A stretch of DNA of 64,000 bases from Octopus vulgaris. Its lineage: Eukaryota. The notes below the pieces were generated by a model that did not search any database, was not told the DNA's origin, and saw nothing but the letters and a program-made list of their open reading frames with translations. Made by a program: the position numbers and the translations under genes. The stretch spans positions 31,000,001 through 31,064,000 of the forward strand of contig OX597819.1 of assembly GCA_951406725.2 (NCBI GenBank), given 5' to 3'. Of this stretch, positions 39,087 to 51,696 are shown one piece after another (within the stretch, counting starts at the first letter, position 1; every line of letters begins with the position of its first letter).

Positions 39087-39498
39087 GGCGTAGGAGTGGC
39101 TGTGTGGTAAGTAGCTTGCTTACCAACCACATGGTTCCGGGTTCAGTTCCACTGCGTGGCACCTTGTGAGTGGATTTGGTAGACGGAAACTGAAAGAAGC
39201 CCATCGTATATATGTATATTATATGTATATATGTGTGTGTGTGTGTGTGTATATGTTTGTGTGTCTGTGTTTGTCCCCCCCAACATCGCTTGACAACTGA
39301 TGCTGGTGTGTTTACGTCCCCGTAACTTAGCGGTTTGGCAAAAGAGTCCGATAGAATAAGTACTAGGCTTACAAAGAATGGATCTTTTCTAAAAGATGGA
39401 CAGAATTTTAAGATCCCAAAGAATAAGTCCTGGGGTCGATTTGCTCGACTAAAGGCAGTGCTCCAGCAAGGCCGTAAAAGAGTAAAAGAGTAAAGAGT
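39087..39498 (+). mobile_element. CORE-like SINE with an internal deletion and a 37-bp insertion
   Basis: Family head and tail present; CCTTG microhomology deletion near 39165; insert at 39380-39416. Confidence 0.88.
39380..39416. mobile_element. 37-bp micro-MITE
   Basis: CAAAGAAT|GGATCTT...AAGATCC|CAAAGAAT; other SINE copies show a single CAAAGAAT at this site. Confidence 0.85.
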
Positions 39499-39926
39499 AT
39501 CATACACACACATATGGAAATATACACTTACTCAAATTATCGAGATATGCATACAAGTCTGTACTCGACGTGCGCGCACTCGCGCGCACACACTCGAAAA
39601 CGCAAATGTCATTTAATGTCATTTAAAAGACGCACTTTAAAGTGAGTCATGAGGAAACAAAGTCAGAGACAGAGAGAGAGAATGGTGCGAAACTTCTCCA
39701 AAACAAATCAGAAATTTATGAGGAAAGTTGGGGCAGGAACACTTAACAGGCAGGCATACATGCATACAGGCAGGAATACATACATACATACATACATACA
39801 TACATACATACATACATACATACATACATACATACAAACAAAAATACCCTGTTGTAGATGTTAAAATTCCAATGAAGGAACCTTGGATCTAGGTTAGAAA
39901 CCGGTTCTTTCTCTATTGGCAAAAAA

Positions 39927-40312
39927 TCTCTCTATATATAAACGGCAGTTTGTCTGTGCGTGTTTCTGTGTGTCTGTTTGCTTGTACCCTCACCCTGACC
40001 ACGGCTTTCAACCGATTCTGATGAAACTTGACACACACATAGCCCAATGTCATAATTCAAAACTAACGCAGCCAAAATTTTGAAAAGTTTCCCCAGTTCT
40101 GAAAAAAATCGATAAATTCGACATGGGGTCGAGAATCAGAAACACGAACCACAAACTGTCTAGGGGACGCAACTCCATCCTTTTTTAACTCTCAAAAAAA
40201 AATTTACCATCATTTTTTTCCATTTTTTTGCTATTTTTTGGTTATAACTCTCTAAAAATGCTTTATAGTTATTTCCCTTACAAACCTGAGCAACGCCGGG
40301 CGATACTGCTAG
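39927..40312 (+). mobile_element. Non-autonomous Helitron (copy 1)
   Basis: A|TC 5' end, subterminal hairpin CCTGAGCAACGCCGGG, CTAG|T 3' end, no TSD. Confidence 0.92.
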
Positions 40313-43300
40313 TCTTGAAATAACTGAATGACATACATACATACGCATGAGAATACATACATAAAGCAAAACATACAAATATGCACATTCACTGGCTCCA
40401 AATATTGCACATATACACGCATACATACAAAAAATACCCTGTTGATGTTGAAATTCCAATGAAGGAAACTTGTATGGAGGTTAGAAACCAGCTCTTTCTC
40501 TATTGGCAAATCTTGAAATAAAACTGGATAATGACGTACATACACACACGAGAGAATGCACATACGAGTGAAACACATAGACGAGTGGACATAACAAAAA
40601 CTGTTTAAAAAAACGAATAAAATAAACCACATAACTATTTTAACTTATAAGATTGAATAAAATAAATGTATTTGGAGAAAGAGATGAAAATCCAACTTCA
40701 TTGCTATTCAAGAAATTTCATTACGATCTTGTTTACAAGAGTGGCTAAAGTAAATTTATCGTGTTGAATAACAAACAACCCTTTGTCTTTAATTATAATT
40801 CCATTCACATTATAAGAATATAAATCGAGCCCCGGCGGATAAAAGGCAAAAGCTGATGTCTTTGTGATTCGAACTTAAAATGTTAAGGGCTATAACTAAA
40901 TACTGATAGTAATTCTTTTTTTTAATAGGCACAAGGCCTGAAATTTTGTTGGGACGAGCTAGTCGATTTACATCGACCCCGGTATTCAACTGGTACTTAT
41001 TTCATCGACCCCCAGCGCTCAACTGATACTTATTTTATCGATATCAAAAGGATGAAAGCCAAAGTCGACCTCGGCGACATTTGAACTCGGATCATAAAAA
41101 CGAAAGAAATATTGTTAAGCATTTTTGTCCAACGAAGTAACGATTCTGTCAGTTTGCCGTTTTAAATTGCGTCAGACACTATCGATTATATTAGTCTACT
41201 ACTACCTTGTAATCGAAAGGTAACTGCAGCATTACAGCAGACACAGCCGGAACATTAAAGCCTCTACGTAGTTACTCCAAAGACGAGCAATAGCAACCAA
41301 ATCTCCCTTAACTTAGTCTTGATAAAAAGTGACATTGCATAGTGTAATCCTATATACCCCTAAGAAAAGACGAGATGGTTAAGTCTGAGAAGTCTTTGAT
41401 TACAGGTCTAACAATATCTACAACCTGTAATATACGACCGTTCAAACTGCTAGTAACAGCAGCCAAATCTCTCTCAAATCACAACTTACTGTCTTTATAA
41501 AAGTCAGATGTTTCTTCCTGTATGATAATTACCAACAATAGGCAATCTAACATTTCGGATACTATCTCCGAACGATTTTTTTTTTTTTTTGCATATTCGT
41601 AATCTCCGACATCTAAATTCTAGGAACTTGAAGAATTTTTTTCACAAAAATGCATTTTTCAAAGCGAATCTGCGTTAGCCCCGGATTGCCCCAACACTGA
41701 CTTTTCTTTATCAAAAGACGGTAAGACTGAATTAAGAATTAACTTGTTTAAAGCCTTTCGTCACAGCTTAAGCGACATGTCCCACATGCACCTTCTTCGT
41801 GCTATTGTTAAAAAAATCGAGGTTGACAATAAAAGTGGAGTGAAATACAGCCAGTGCGTGTTTTTCACTGGCACCTTAACCCTTCCAACGTATCACACTA
41901 TTTACTTTAACACACGTTAAAAAAAAATCTAGGAAAACAAATACGAAAACGAATGTGCGTGTGTGTGAGAGAGAGACAGACAGAGCAAGCGGTAAGAAGT
42001 TTGCTTCCCAACAATATATATTTCTTTACTGCCCACAAGGGGCTAAACATAGAGGGGACAAACAAGGAAAGATGAAGGGATTGAGTCGATTATATCGCCC
42101 CCCCCCCAGTGCGAAACTGGTACTTTATTTATCGACCCCGAAAGGATGAAAGGCAAAGTTGACCTCGGCGGAATTTGAACTCAGAACGTAACGACAATAT
42201 AGTTCCGGTTTTAGTCTCACTGCGTGTTACCTTGGGTGTCTTATACTATAGTAGCCCCGGACAAACTCAAAGCATAGTGAGTAGATTTCGCAGATTTGTA
42301 TATCTATGTGCATGTGTGTGTCTTTGTGTTTATGTTTGTCCCCTACCACCGCTTTGTTTACGTCCTCGTAACTTAGCAGTTCAGTAAAAAAAAAAACCCG
42401 ATAGAATAAGAACTGGGGTCAGTTTGCTTGACTAAAACCCTTCAAGTAGGTACCTGAACACAACAGTCCTGTCTATATATACATATAACGAAATGTTAGC
42501 GCAAATCCGTTTGTAATTCATAAGATTGATTATTATTATTATTTTTCCCGATTGTGTGTATGGAGGGAGAAGCACAATCTACAAACGTAAACTTTTTTTT
42601 AATTACAAATAAACAAACAAATCAAAGAAACATGCACACACTCCCTCAATTATAAAACCCTTGTTCCTACAAACTTCACTTCGTCTATATAATGATTTCT
42701 TCATGGCCAATATCCATAATGTGGATGGATAGATGGACTACAGTGGCCCTAGGAACATTTATCGATGTGACTGAAAAAAAGCGATTCCAACCAGGAACCG
42801 AAACCGTGACACGGTCTATGTTTAAAATAAAATAAAGAGGCATAAAAGACTGAAAGAGATATTTAAAAATACGGCACCTGTTGCGAGGTAAAATCCAGTA
42901 ATACTATCAGTGAATTCGTCGAAGAGAAATCTTTGAGGAGCAAATAATTGAATTAACTTTCCATTTTGTGTCAGTGAAGTGAATGACAGAAAGAATATGT
43001 ATGTTTATGTGAGAATATATATCGGCGTGAGAGTGTGTGTGAACGTACGAATATGTATGTATGAGAGTTTAAGTAAAGCGAAATGTTAGTGTCAACACGC
43101 GAACAGTTAGTGGTCAAGTAGAATAGAGCTTACTTGACTTAGGTCCAACACATTTATCGATAGACAACGATTCTGGGTAAACTTCTGACTTGAGTCATAC
43201 TGCCTACCACAAAATCAAACCGGAACAACGTCAGTCAAAGCGATTAATAAAATTAGAACCACATGTAAATGACTTCTTTTAACTTCTGCACAATAATTTT

Positions 43301-45101
43301 TTAACTAGGTGATTTTACGAAAAAATTGCATACATAATCACACACGCATACAAACCACTATACTGCATTTATACTTTGTAGTACATCTCAACATAGTTTC
43401 TACATAATTCAATTAGTGACTTGAACTACACATACATGTATTTACATACTTACGCGCACACACCTATATTTCTACACCAGTACACGCTGAGTAGATAAGC
43501 CGTCACTGATACATGTTATCTATGACAATTTCTATTTATCACAACGCAATAAACTTTTTATTTTGTTTTAGTTATTTTCTTCTTTCCTCTAACCAACGAG
43601 TGAATTTACATTCAGACACCGCTGATACTCATAAGTGACACACAAGCACCATGAACTAACGCAGAGGTGACAGGTCAAATTGATCATGTATGATACTTAT
43701 TTTCTATGCAGCTACTCCAGACTCCTCCCACACCACTTGTTGAGGCCAACTATTCACATATTAAGTAGTCTGTACTGTCATTAAGAACCTCGAAACTGGA
43801 ATTTGCTCGTGAGGTAGGAAGGTGTAGCGAAACGAAGAAAAAAACTGAGCTAAAATGTTGATAAATTAGATGTATCACTAATTCTGTATATATAGCTAAC
43901 TATAACTGTTGGAGGTGTGGTCTGCTGGAGAAATACAAACACGCTCTTATTTCAGATCTGAATATATAAAAACAACTAGGAAGAAAAAGCACTTTAGCAG
44001 ACGTGAATTGCTGAAATGTTAAACAATTGATAACGGATATCACCGTGATCACCGTGACCGACCAGGCTATCAGATGTTGCTACACATCGCTGGTCACAAT
44101 GCGCTTCGCAGTTTTAGCCTTCAAATTATGCCACCCCGCTGGCTAAGCGAGCTGGCCAACAGAAGAACGAGTGAGAGAAAGTTTTGGCGAAAGAGTACAG
44201 CAGGGATCGCCACCACCCCCTGCCGGAGCCTCGAAACCGCGAATCCGCTGCCCTAACCACTGGGCCATTGCGCCTCCACAATAACGGGTATAGAGGAGAT
44301 TAAACTGCTATCCCTGACCAATTAATAGAAAATATCGCAGGATGACTTTTTTTGTTGATTCTCATTACCTTTCGTTATTATACTGGAACAAAGGATAGAA
44401 ATAAGTTTTTTTTCCCTAAGTTTCTTAGATACATATTATAGAAGTCTCGAGAAAAATAGAACAAAGCAGCGAGTAAGAATACAAGGTGTATAATTACGCT
44501 GTGAAGAACAGTGGGCCAAATCAACGTTTCGGACTATAGTAACTTCGTCAAAATCAGGGGAGAAAGTTACATAAAAAACAGAATTGTATATAGCGAAGAC
44601 AGCACGGTGAATAAAAAGTTATATATTTGTACTGTTGTTTTATTGTAATTTCTTTTTCCTCAAAAAATTTGGATATTACAGGCTCAGGCGTGACTGGGTG
44701 TTCTTAGGGCGGTTACTCGGGGCCCACGCAGGCCTGGGGCCCAGTTCTGATGTGACTTGCAAGCAATAAATAAATATCATAGGACCCAGGTGACAGATCA
44801 GCCCTGGGACCTACAATGCTGCTAAGACGGCCCTGCTTTCATCCTCATGGGGGCTGTATCATAGTATTAGTACCAGTGGTGTGCTGGCGTCATTATAATT
44901 TGACTACATCCACCTCCAAAATGTGTTGCTTTGTGCTCCCAGTAAAAATCAATGTTATCTTTGTAATTTTTATGTTTTAATTAGAAAATTTTACCAAAGT
45001 TTGGTGTGGTTTAACATCATAGTTAATTTATATATCTGTATTCTTGAACAGCCACTCTATGGATTTTATTGAAAAGAAAAGGTCTAATAATGATAATAAT
45101 T

Positions 45102-45432
45102 ATGAGAGCTCAAAATCTCTCGTGGAAGCGTCATCCAACCAAAATGCAAATATATGGGAAACTACCACCTGTGTCATCTCTTGTGAAAGGTAGGAGAGTC
45201 TAGTTTGCTGGGCATTGTTGTAGAGCTGAAAACGAGGCAATTTCTACTCTTCTCCTCTGGAAGCCATCTACTCGCAATACCAAAAGGCGCACACTCTCCT
45301 ACCCTGATGTAATCTCCAGGGATACAGGCATCCAGCAACAGGACCTCCATAATGCTATGATGGACTGTGAAGTCTGGCATAGCATGGTAAATTCCATTGT
45401 CTCGACCACGGTCGAACAATGATGATGATGAA
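45102..45432 (+). mobile_element. 5'-truncated RTE-type LINE 3' end
   Basis: MRAQNLSWKRHPTKMQIYGKLPPVSSLVKGRRV*FAGHCCRAENEAISTLLLWKP...MMDCEVWHSMVNSIVSTTVEQ*, followed by a (TGA)n tail. Confidence 0.88.
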
Positions 45433-45538
45433 TGATAGCAAAATGACAGCACTTTGAGCAAGTGTCTTTTACTATAGTTCCGGGCCGACTAAAGCTTTCT
45501 GAGTGGGTTTGGTAGACGGAAAGTGAGAGAAGCCCATC

Positions 45539-45574
<36 letters not shown>

Positions 45575-46181
45575 CAACACACACATCACTAGACAACCGG
45601 TGTTGGTTTGTTTACGTTCCCTGTAACTTAGCAATTCGTCAAAAGCAAACCGATAGAGTTAGTTCGACAATGAAAAATAAGTACTGGGGTATATTTGTTC
45701 GACAAAACCCTTAAAGGCAGTACACCAGTATGACTGCAGTCTAATGACTGAAGCAAGAAAGAACTCAGCTTACAAATTCAATATGTTTCTATGATCGTCA
45801 CAAATTCATTTTCAAACTTTCTTCCAACCTCAACATAAACCTTAACATAATATATTCCTTTAACAGAAAGCTTCGTTAATCTACTAAAAGTTTGATTTAC
45901 TGAGTGGATTTCGGGTCGTTTCCTCATTGTTCTCACTGTTGTTAAAGTTACATTTATATTAGTATGACGAGCGAACTATGAGCATTCACTCAACATGGTT
46001 CCATCAGGTCCCCCAAAATCAAGTGTCATGTTACGCCGACATATCAACAGCACCCACCACTACCAACGGCGTCAACACCAACTCTAAGAGCGATGAAGAC
46101 ACAAGAGCTGGTCCGAGTGAAGCAAACTGCCGATATTCCTCACGAGAAAGCATGTTTTTATATGGTGCCTCATCAGGAGTT

Positions 46182-46520
46182 GTGAAGACGCATGGCTTAG
46201 CGGTTAGAGCATAAAGCTTACGATTGTGAGGTTGTGAGTTCGATTCCCGGACCGTGTTGTGTGTTGTGTTCTTGAGCAAGACACTTTATTTCACGTTGTT
46301 CCAGTTAACGCAGCTGTAGAAATGAGTTGCGACATCACTGGTGCCAAGCTGTATCGGCCTTTCCCTGTCCCTTGGATAACATCAGTGGTGTGAAGAGGGG
46401 AGGCTGGTATGTTTGGGCGACTGCTAACCTTCCACAAACAATTTTGCCCTGGCTTGTGCCTGGGAAGGTAACTTTCTAGGTGTAATCCCATGGTCATTCA
46501 TAACCAAAGGGAGTCTCCTC
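46182..46520 (+). mobile_element. tRNA-headed SINE with 11-bp TSD
   Basis: TSD CATCAGGAGTT; TGGCTTAGCGG A box; AGTTCGATTCC B box; TTGAGCAAGACAC core. Confidence 0.88.
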
Positions 46521-46593
46521 CATCAGGAGTTAATCTTATTGACATTTTACAGATTTTGGGGCAGTTAACATAGAATTAATGTTTGACTTTTAA

Positions 46594-46778
46594 CGCGCAA
46601 GAGTGGCTGTGTGGTAAGTAGCTGGCTAACCAACCACATGGTTCTGGGTTCAGTCCCACTGCGTGGCACCTTGGGCAAGTGTCTTCTGCTATAGCCCCGG
46701 ACCGACCAAAGCCTTGTGAGTGGATTTGGTAGACGGAAACTGAAAGAAGCCTGTCGTCTATATGAATAGAAGCCTGTC

Positions 46779-46851
<73 letters not shown>

Positions 46852-47065
46852 TATGTCTGTGTTTGTCCCCCAACATCGCTTGACAACCGATGCTGGTGTG
46901 TTTACGTCCCCGTAACTTAGCGGTTCGGCAATAGAGACCGATAGAATAAGTATAAGTACTAGGCTTACAAAGAATAAGTCCCGGGGTCGATTTGCTCGAC
47001 TAAAGGCGGTGCTCCAGCATGGCCACAGTCAAATGACTGAAACAAGTAAAAGAGTAAAAGAGTAA
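46594..47065 (+). mobile_element. Full-length CORE-like SINE
   Basis: Near-consensus copy with (GAGTAAAA)n tail. Confidence 0.9.
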
Positions 47066-47603
47066 ACAAAAGAAATATATCGTTCTCAGTTTCTCACATC
47101 TCTTAACGTGTAGCATATAGTAACTTGACTTCTGGAAGTTAACATGCGGTCTAAGAGTTTTAAAAAATGAAAATAGATTGAGCTGAAGTGATATTCAGTA
47201 ATTTCATAAAGAAAACATAAGAGTACTGGTGAAATGCCTTAATTATATATATATTTTTAATCCATCATAATGCCTATGCAAGTAGGTTTACATACACTTA
47301 CTCGTATAGTTTCTTTTGGTAATATGTTAAGTATTTCAGAAATAACAAGTTCATATAAAACGAAGGATTTATATTTTTAAAAAAAAGATTACATCTAAAA
47401 CTGCACGTTAACTCTTTGAGGAAGACAACATTCCATTTGGTAGACTGTTCGCTTTTTAATTTCCTGTTATTGTGTCGGTTGTTGATATAGTTGGCAATCT
47501 TTATTGTCACAGTTGTTGATCGCCCAGATCTATGGCCAAAGATCAGAAAGATCGAGACCTAGTAACCTAGTTACCAAGCAAGGTAACGTGGTAGTAAAGA
47601 TTA

Positions 47604-47982
47604 TCTTCTCTCTATATATAAACGGCAGTTTGTCTGTGTGTGTTTCTGTGTGTCTGTTAGGTTGTACCCTCACCCTGACCACTGCTTTCAACCGATTCTG
47701 ATGAAACTTGACACACACATAGCCCAATGTCATAATTCAAAACTAACGCAGCGAAAATTTTGAAAAGTTCCCCCAGTTCTCAAAAAAAAAATCGATAAAT
47801 TCGACATGGGGTCGAGAATCAGAAACACAAACCACAGACTATCAAGGGGGCGCAACTCGACCTTTTTAACTAAAAAAAAATTTACCATAAATTTTTTTTC
47901 CATTTTTTTGGCTATAACTCTCTAAAAATGCTTTATAGTTATTTCCCTTACAAACCCGAGCAACGCCGGGCGATACTGCTAG
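47604..47982 (+). mobile_element. Non-autonomous Helitron (copy 2)
   Basis: Highly similar to 39927-40312; A|TC start, CCCGAGCAACGCCGGG hairpin, CTAG|T end. Confidence 0.92.
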
Positions 47983-48193
47983 TGCGTCTATATGTGTCTT
48001 GTTTCTTTTATCTTCTTTCACTTGTTTCAATCATTGGACAGCAACCAACAAATCGACCCCTAGTACTTATTTTTCTAAATACGATACTTATTGTATGGCA
48101 GGTCTTTTGACGAAACGTTAAGTCATGGGGACGTAACTAAACCATAATCATTTGTTAAGTGGTGACGTGGTGACAAATAACGGATACATACAC

Positions 48194-48252
<59 letters not shown>

Positions 48253-49067
48253 ACACGCACACGTAAGATAGGCTTCCACAGTTTCTGTCTATCAAATTCA
48301 CTCACAAGGCATAGCTCGACCCGGGATTGTAGTAAAAGACGCTTGCCCAAGGTGCTGCCCATAGGGATTGAACTCGAAACCATGTGGTTTGCCAAGCGAA
48401 CTTCTTAACTGCACAGCCGTGTCTGCGAGTGTAAATTAGGATATTTTATGAATGTGCGTTTACAAGTAATTGCCAAATAATTCGGTCAGTCTAGATTCTT
48501 GGACATTCTCTTTTAACACGCCTCGAGGTGCGGTGTAACTGTTTGTCACACCTAATTATAGTATTCTCCTTGCGTGACGTTGTTATTGCTCTGTTGACTT
48601 TCCCTCTCAATCTTAACTTCACTTCGCACCTCTCTCTCTCACAGGTTGTCGCCCTCTTACGTCTTACGTCATCCCTCTTCTATAAATAATGTTCTACGAA
48701 AGCTTTTATTCACATAGCTTTACAAGTTTTTTGTCAGTTTCTTGATCAGCTGCGCGACATATTGAAGATCAATAGAGGCAATGGTGTGCAATGTGTTCGG
48801 CTGTATTCGAAAAAGTGTGTCGGTTGCTGAATTAGCCAAACCAGTGATGTGATGTACATCCGTGGTATATTGAAATGTAAAGTCGCGACAGCAAACTTCT
48901 CAAGGGGAGTAACGATCACGCATCACAGAGAATGTGTATACGGGTGGCCTGTCAGCTACATTAAGAAAGCAGTACTTTCTAACATGCATCAAAATTGCAA
49001 TAATTCCCAAGCGAAAGTACTGTATTTAGATTTCGTGGGCTTCAGTCACATGGAGGTTGCCAAACGT

Positions 49068-49289
49068 GGCGATCTTTCGGTACAAGTACCATAACTGCCA
49101 AGTCTGTTTGCTTACATTTGAAGAAGAAGATCGTCACTTTCCGTAAAGTTTTTTTTTTATAAATGTGGGGGTTAGAGTTAGGGTTAGGGTTAAGGGTGGG
49201 AAAAAAGGGTTTCTTTTTTCTTCAGAAATGTAAATAAACCCACGTGGGTTTATAATTGGCAGTTATGGTACTTGTACCGAAAGATCGCC
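49068..49289. mobile_element. Merlin-like MITE with 32-bp TIRs, 8-bp TSD and (TTAGGG)n-like core
   Basis: TIR GGCGATCTTTCGGTACAAGTACCATAACTGCC; TSD CCAAACGT/CCAAACAT; internal GGGTTAGAGTTAGGGTTAGGGTTAAGGG. Confidence 0.88.
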
Positions 49290-49391
49290 CCAAACATTAA
49301 CTAACTGCTATAGCACATCCCCACTCCGACATCAAATACATCAACCAACAAGCAAAGAGGAGCACCAGCATTGCAGTTTATAAAAAGAGCT

Positions 49392-50421
49392 TGTAGCATA
49401 TACTTGAGTGAAATTCTTCCCCGGTTTATTATATATACGTACATACGAACGTAGTAGATAACAGCTAACCTTTGGCCACTATTTAGATCCCATTGTGTCC
49501 ACTACTCTGATTGGTTAGTATTGGCGCAATTTGTTCTCTTACTCTGTCGCGCCAGTCTGCAGCGTATAACTGAGCAGAGCCCTAAATAAGATCACGTGAG
49601 ACAGCCTGTTCACAACCACATTGAGCCTACTATTCATTATAAAAACTCATCTTCTCATCTTGAGGTCTTTGGTTCCAGACCTTCTAAGGTCTAGCCATTG
49701 ACCACACAAGACACAGCTAGTTCCAGCGACAACGCCAGACGCCCGGGTTTCAACACAGCACTGTTCATGAATTACTTTACCCTGGATCAACAGCAAATGT
49801 ATGACCTGCAAGCCAGATGACAACACTCGTCCAACAATATTACGGCAATCTCTTTCTTCATTGCTACCATCTTCTTAACAACGCCAACAACATCTCCAAG
49901 TACATAGCTCAACCAGCAACACTGCACAGGTTCTAATATAGCATTGTTCGTGAATTACTTCACCATAGTTAACAGTAAATATACAACCTGCGAGAACTCC
50001 TGTACAAGTAACCCAGGCAGCAGCATTACAGCCACAACTTCGTACGACACGTATTGCAACCGGCTCTGCATCATCAACACAACTTCTTGAGACAGTATTT
50101 CTATTACCGTGTACAATTGACTACGAACTGGTATTTCTCATTCTTGTGTCTATGAACATTCATCTAACTTCTCGTTATAGACTCACTTTCTACCTTATTG
50201 CTGTTCTTATATGTAGCACATGCATACATCCATGCACATACACTTTGTTCTCATAACGGCCTGTCTGTTATTCTGTATACATAACACACACACACAGACA
50301 CATAAGTTAACATATCAATAAATCTTTCACTAAACCTTCTATTTGGTTCTCTCTACATATATTCGTGTTTTTCAATAACTACTTGTATTCTTATCTTATA
50401 TGCATTGAATAATATACTATA
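49392..50421 (+). mobile_element. Possible solo LTR
   Basis: Starts TGTAGCATAT and ends ATATACTATA (decayed inverted end); CCAAT-like ATTGG motifs, TATA-like motif and AATAAA ~85 bp from the end. No TSD found. Confidence 0.4.
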
Positions 50422-50546
50422 TGTATGTTATTATGGTGGTTGTTTTGATAAATAAATAAGTCAACATTTTAATATCCTAAAGTTGATGAACCAACTAATG
50501 TGCTTCTCCATTTTCTTATTTGCAATATATATATATATATAAACAC

Positions 50547-51696
50547 TCACAGTACAGGAAACTGCAAGGGCTTCAATTTGAATGGGACATCAGATAATAT
50601 AACTGGTATGCAAGAAAGGAAGACGGTGTCACATTTACCACACCCAGTGAGAATATTTGCCTCAATGCAGTTCCTCCTAAGTTTGTGCACAATTAGTGTT
50701 GTACCATTGCATAATTTTTGTTGAGACAAATTAGGCAATAGCATAATAGGAGGTATAGAAAAAGCATTGTGCATCATATGTTTGTTTGATGTTTGTTTTT
50801 TGACAGTCTTTTTAGTAGAACATCCATTTGTTACTGTTCCTTTTGACATTTGAATAGGTGGTATATTGTGAATGAAGCTAGAAGAATAGCTATATCATAT
50901 AGGAGAATAGCTTTAGGGAATCCAGGTGACTGTGAGATGGCACTGAGAAGGTCACAGGTGAAATAGAAAACCTGTTTGTCACGGTCTCTTTTGACATTTG
51001 AATAGACTGTATGCCCAAAGAGAACTGAAAGATTTGGTTTCAAATTTGAACCAGGGTGAAACTACAACTACAGATTTGGGTTTGTGAATGTCTCATCCTC
51101 ATTTTCCACTGCAGGTTGTGTGTATGTTTGGTGTTCGTTTTTTGTCAGTCTGTTTTTAGGAGACATTTTTTTTTTTTAGGAATATGAGTAAGTAATAGTG
51201 AAATGAAATTACAAATTCTTTCGTCCTATCAATGTTAGTGCAGAAATTCTGACACTATATTACAGGAATGGAAGGCAAGGCAACAGTAAGTAATAGTCCA
51301 ATGAATTTACAAATGCTGTGTCCTGTCATGTGTGTATTATATAAGAGAAAAACATGTAATAATTGAAGTAGAAAAATGATGGATTTCATATACAAATTTC
51401 TGTTTGTTCTTCAAGTTGCGATCCAGCAACTTTTAGTGTTTGGTCCTGACTTTTATTAATACTCATGGCAAAAGAAAGTGGGATAGGAAACTGTAAGAGC
51501 TTAAATTGGAATGGGACATTAGATGGTATAACTGGTATGCGAGGAACAAAGATGGTGTCACATTTACCACAATCAGTGAGAATATTTGCCACAATGCAGT
51601 TCATCATAGGTTTGTGCACAATTAGCGTTGCCTCCCTTGAACCATTTACTTTCATTTTATGGGACAAACAAATACACAAACAGACAGAATCTCTCT

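Noticed and set aside
38932-39513. 193-aa minus-strand ORF
   Set aside because: Antisense read-through of a SINE; the same peptides recur at other copies.
49165-49200. True telomere or chromosome-fusion scar
   Set aside because: Only a few degenerate units, enclosed by TIRs and a TSD.
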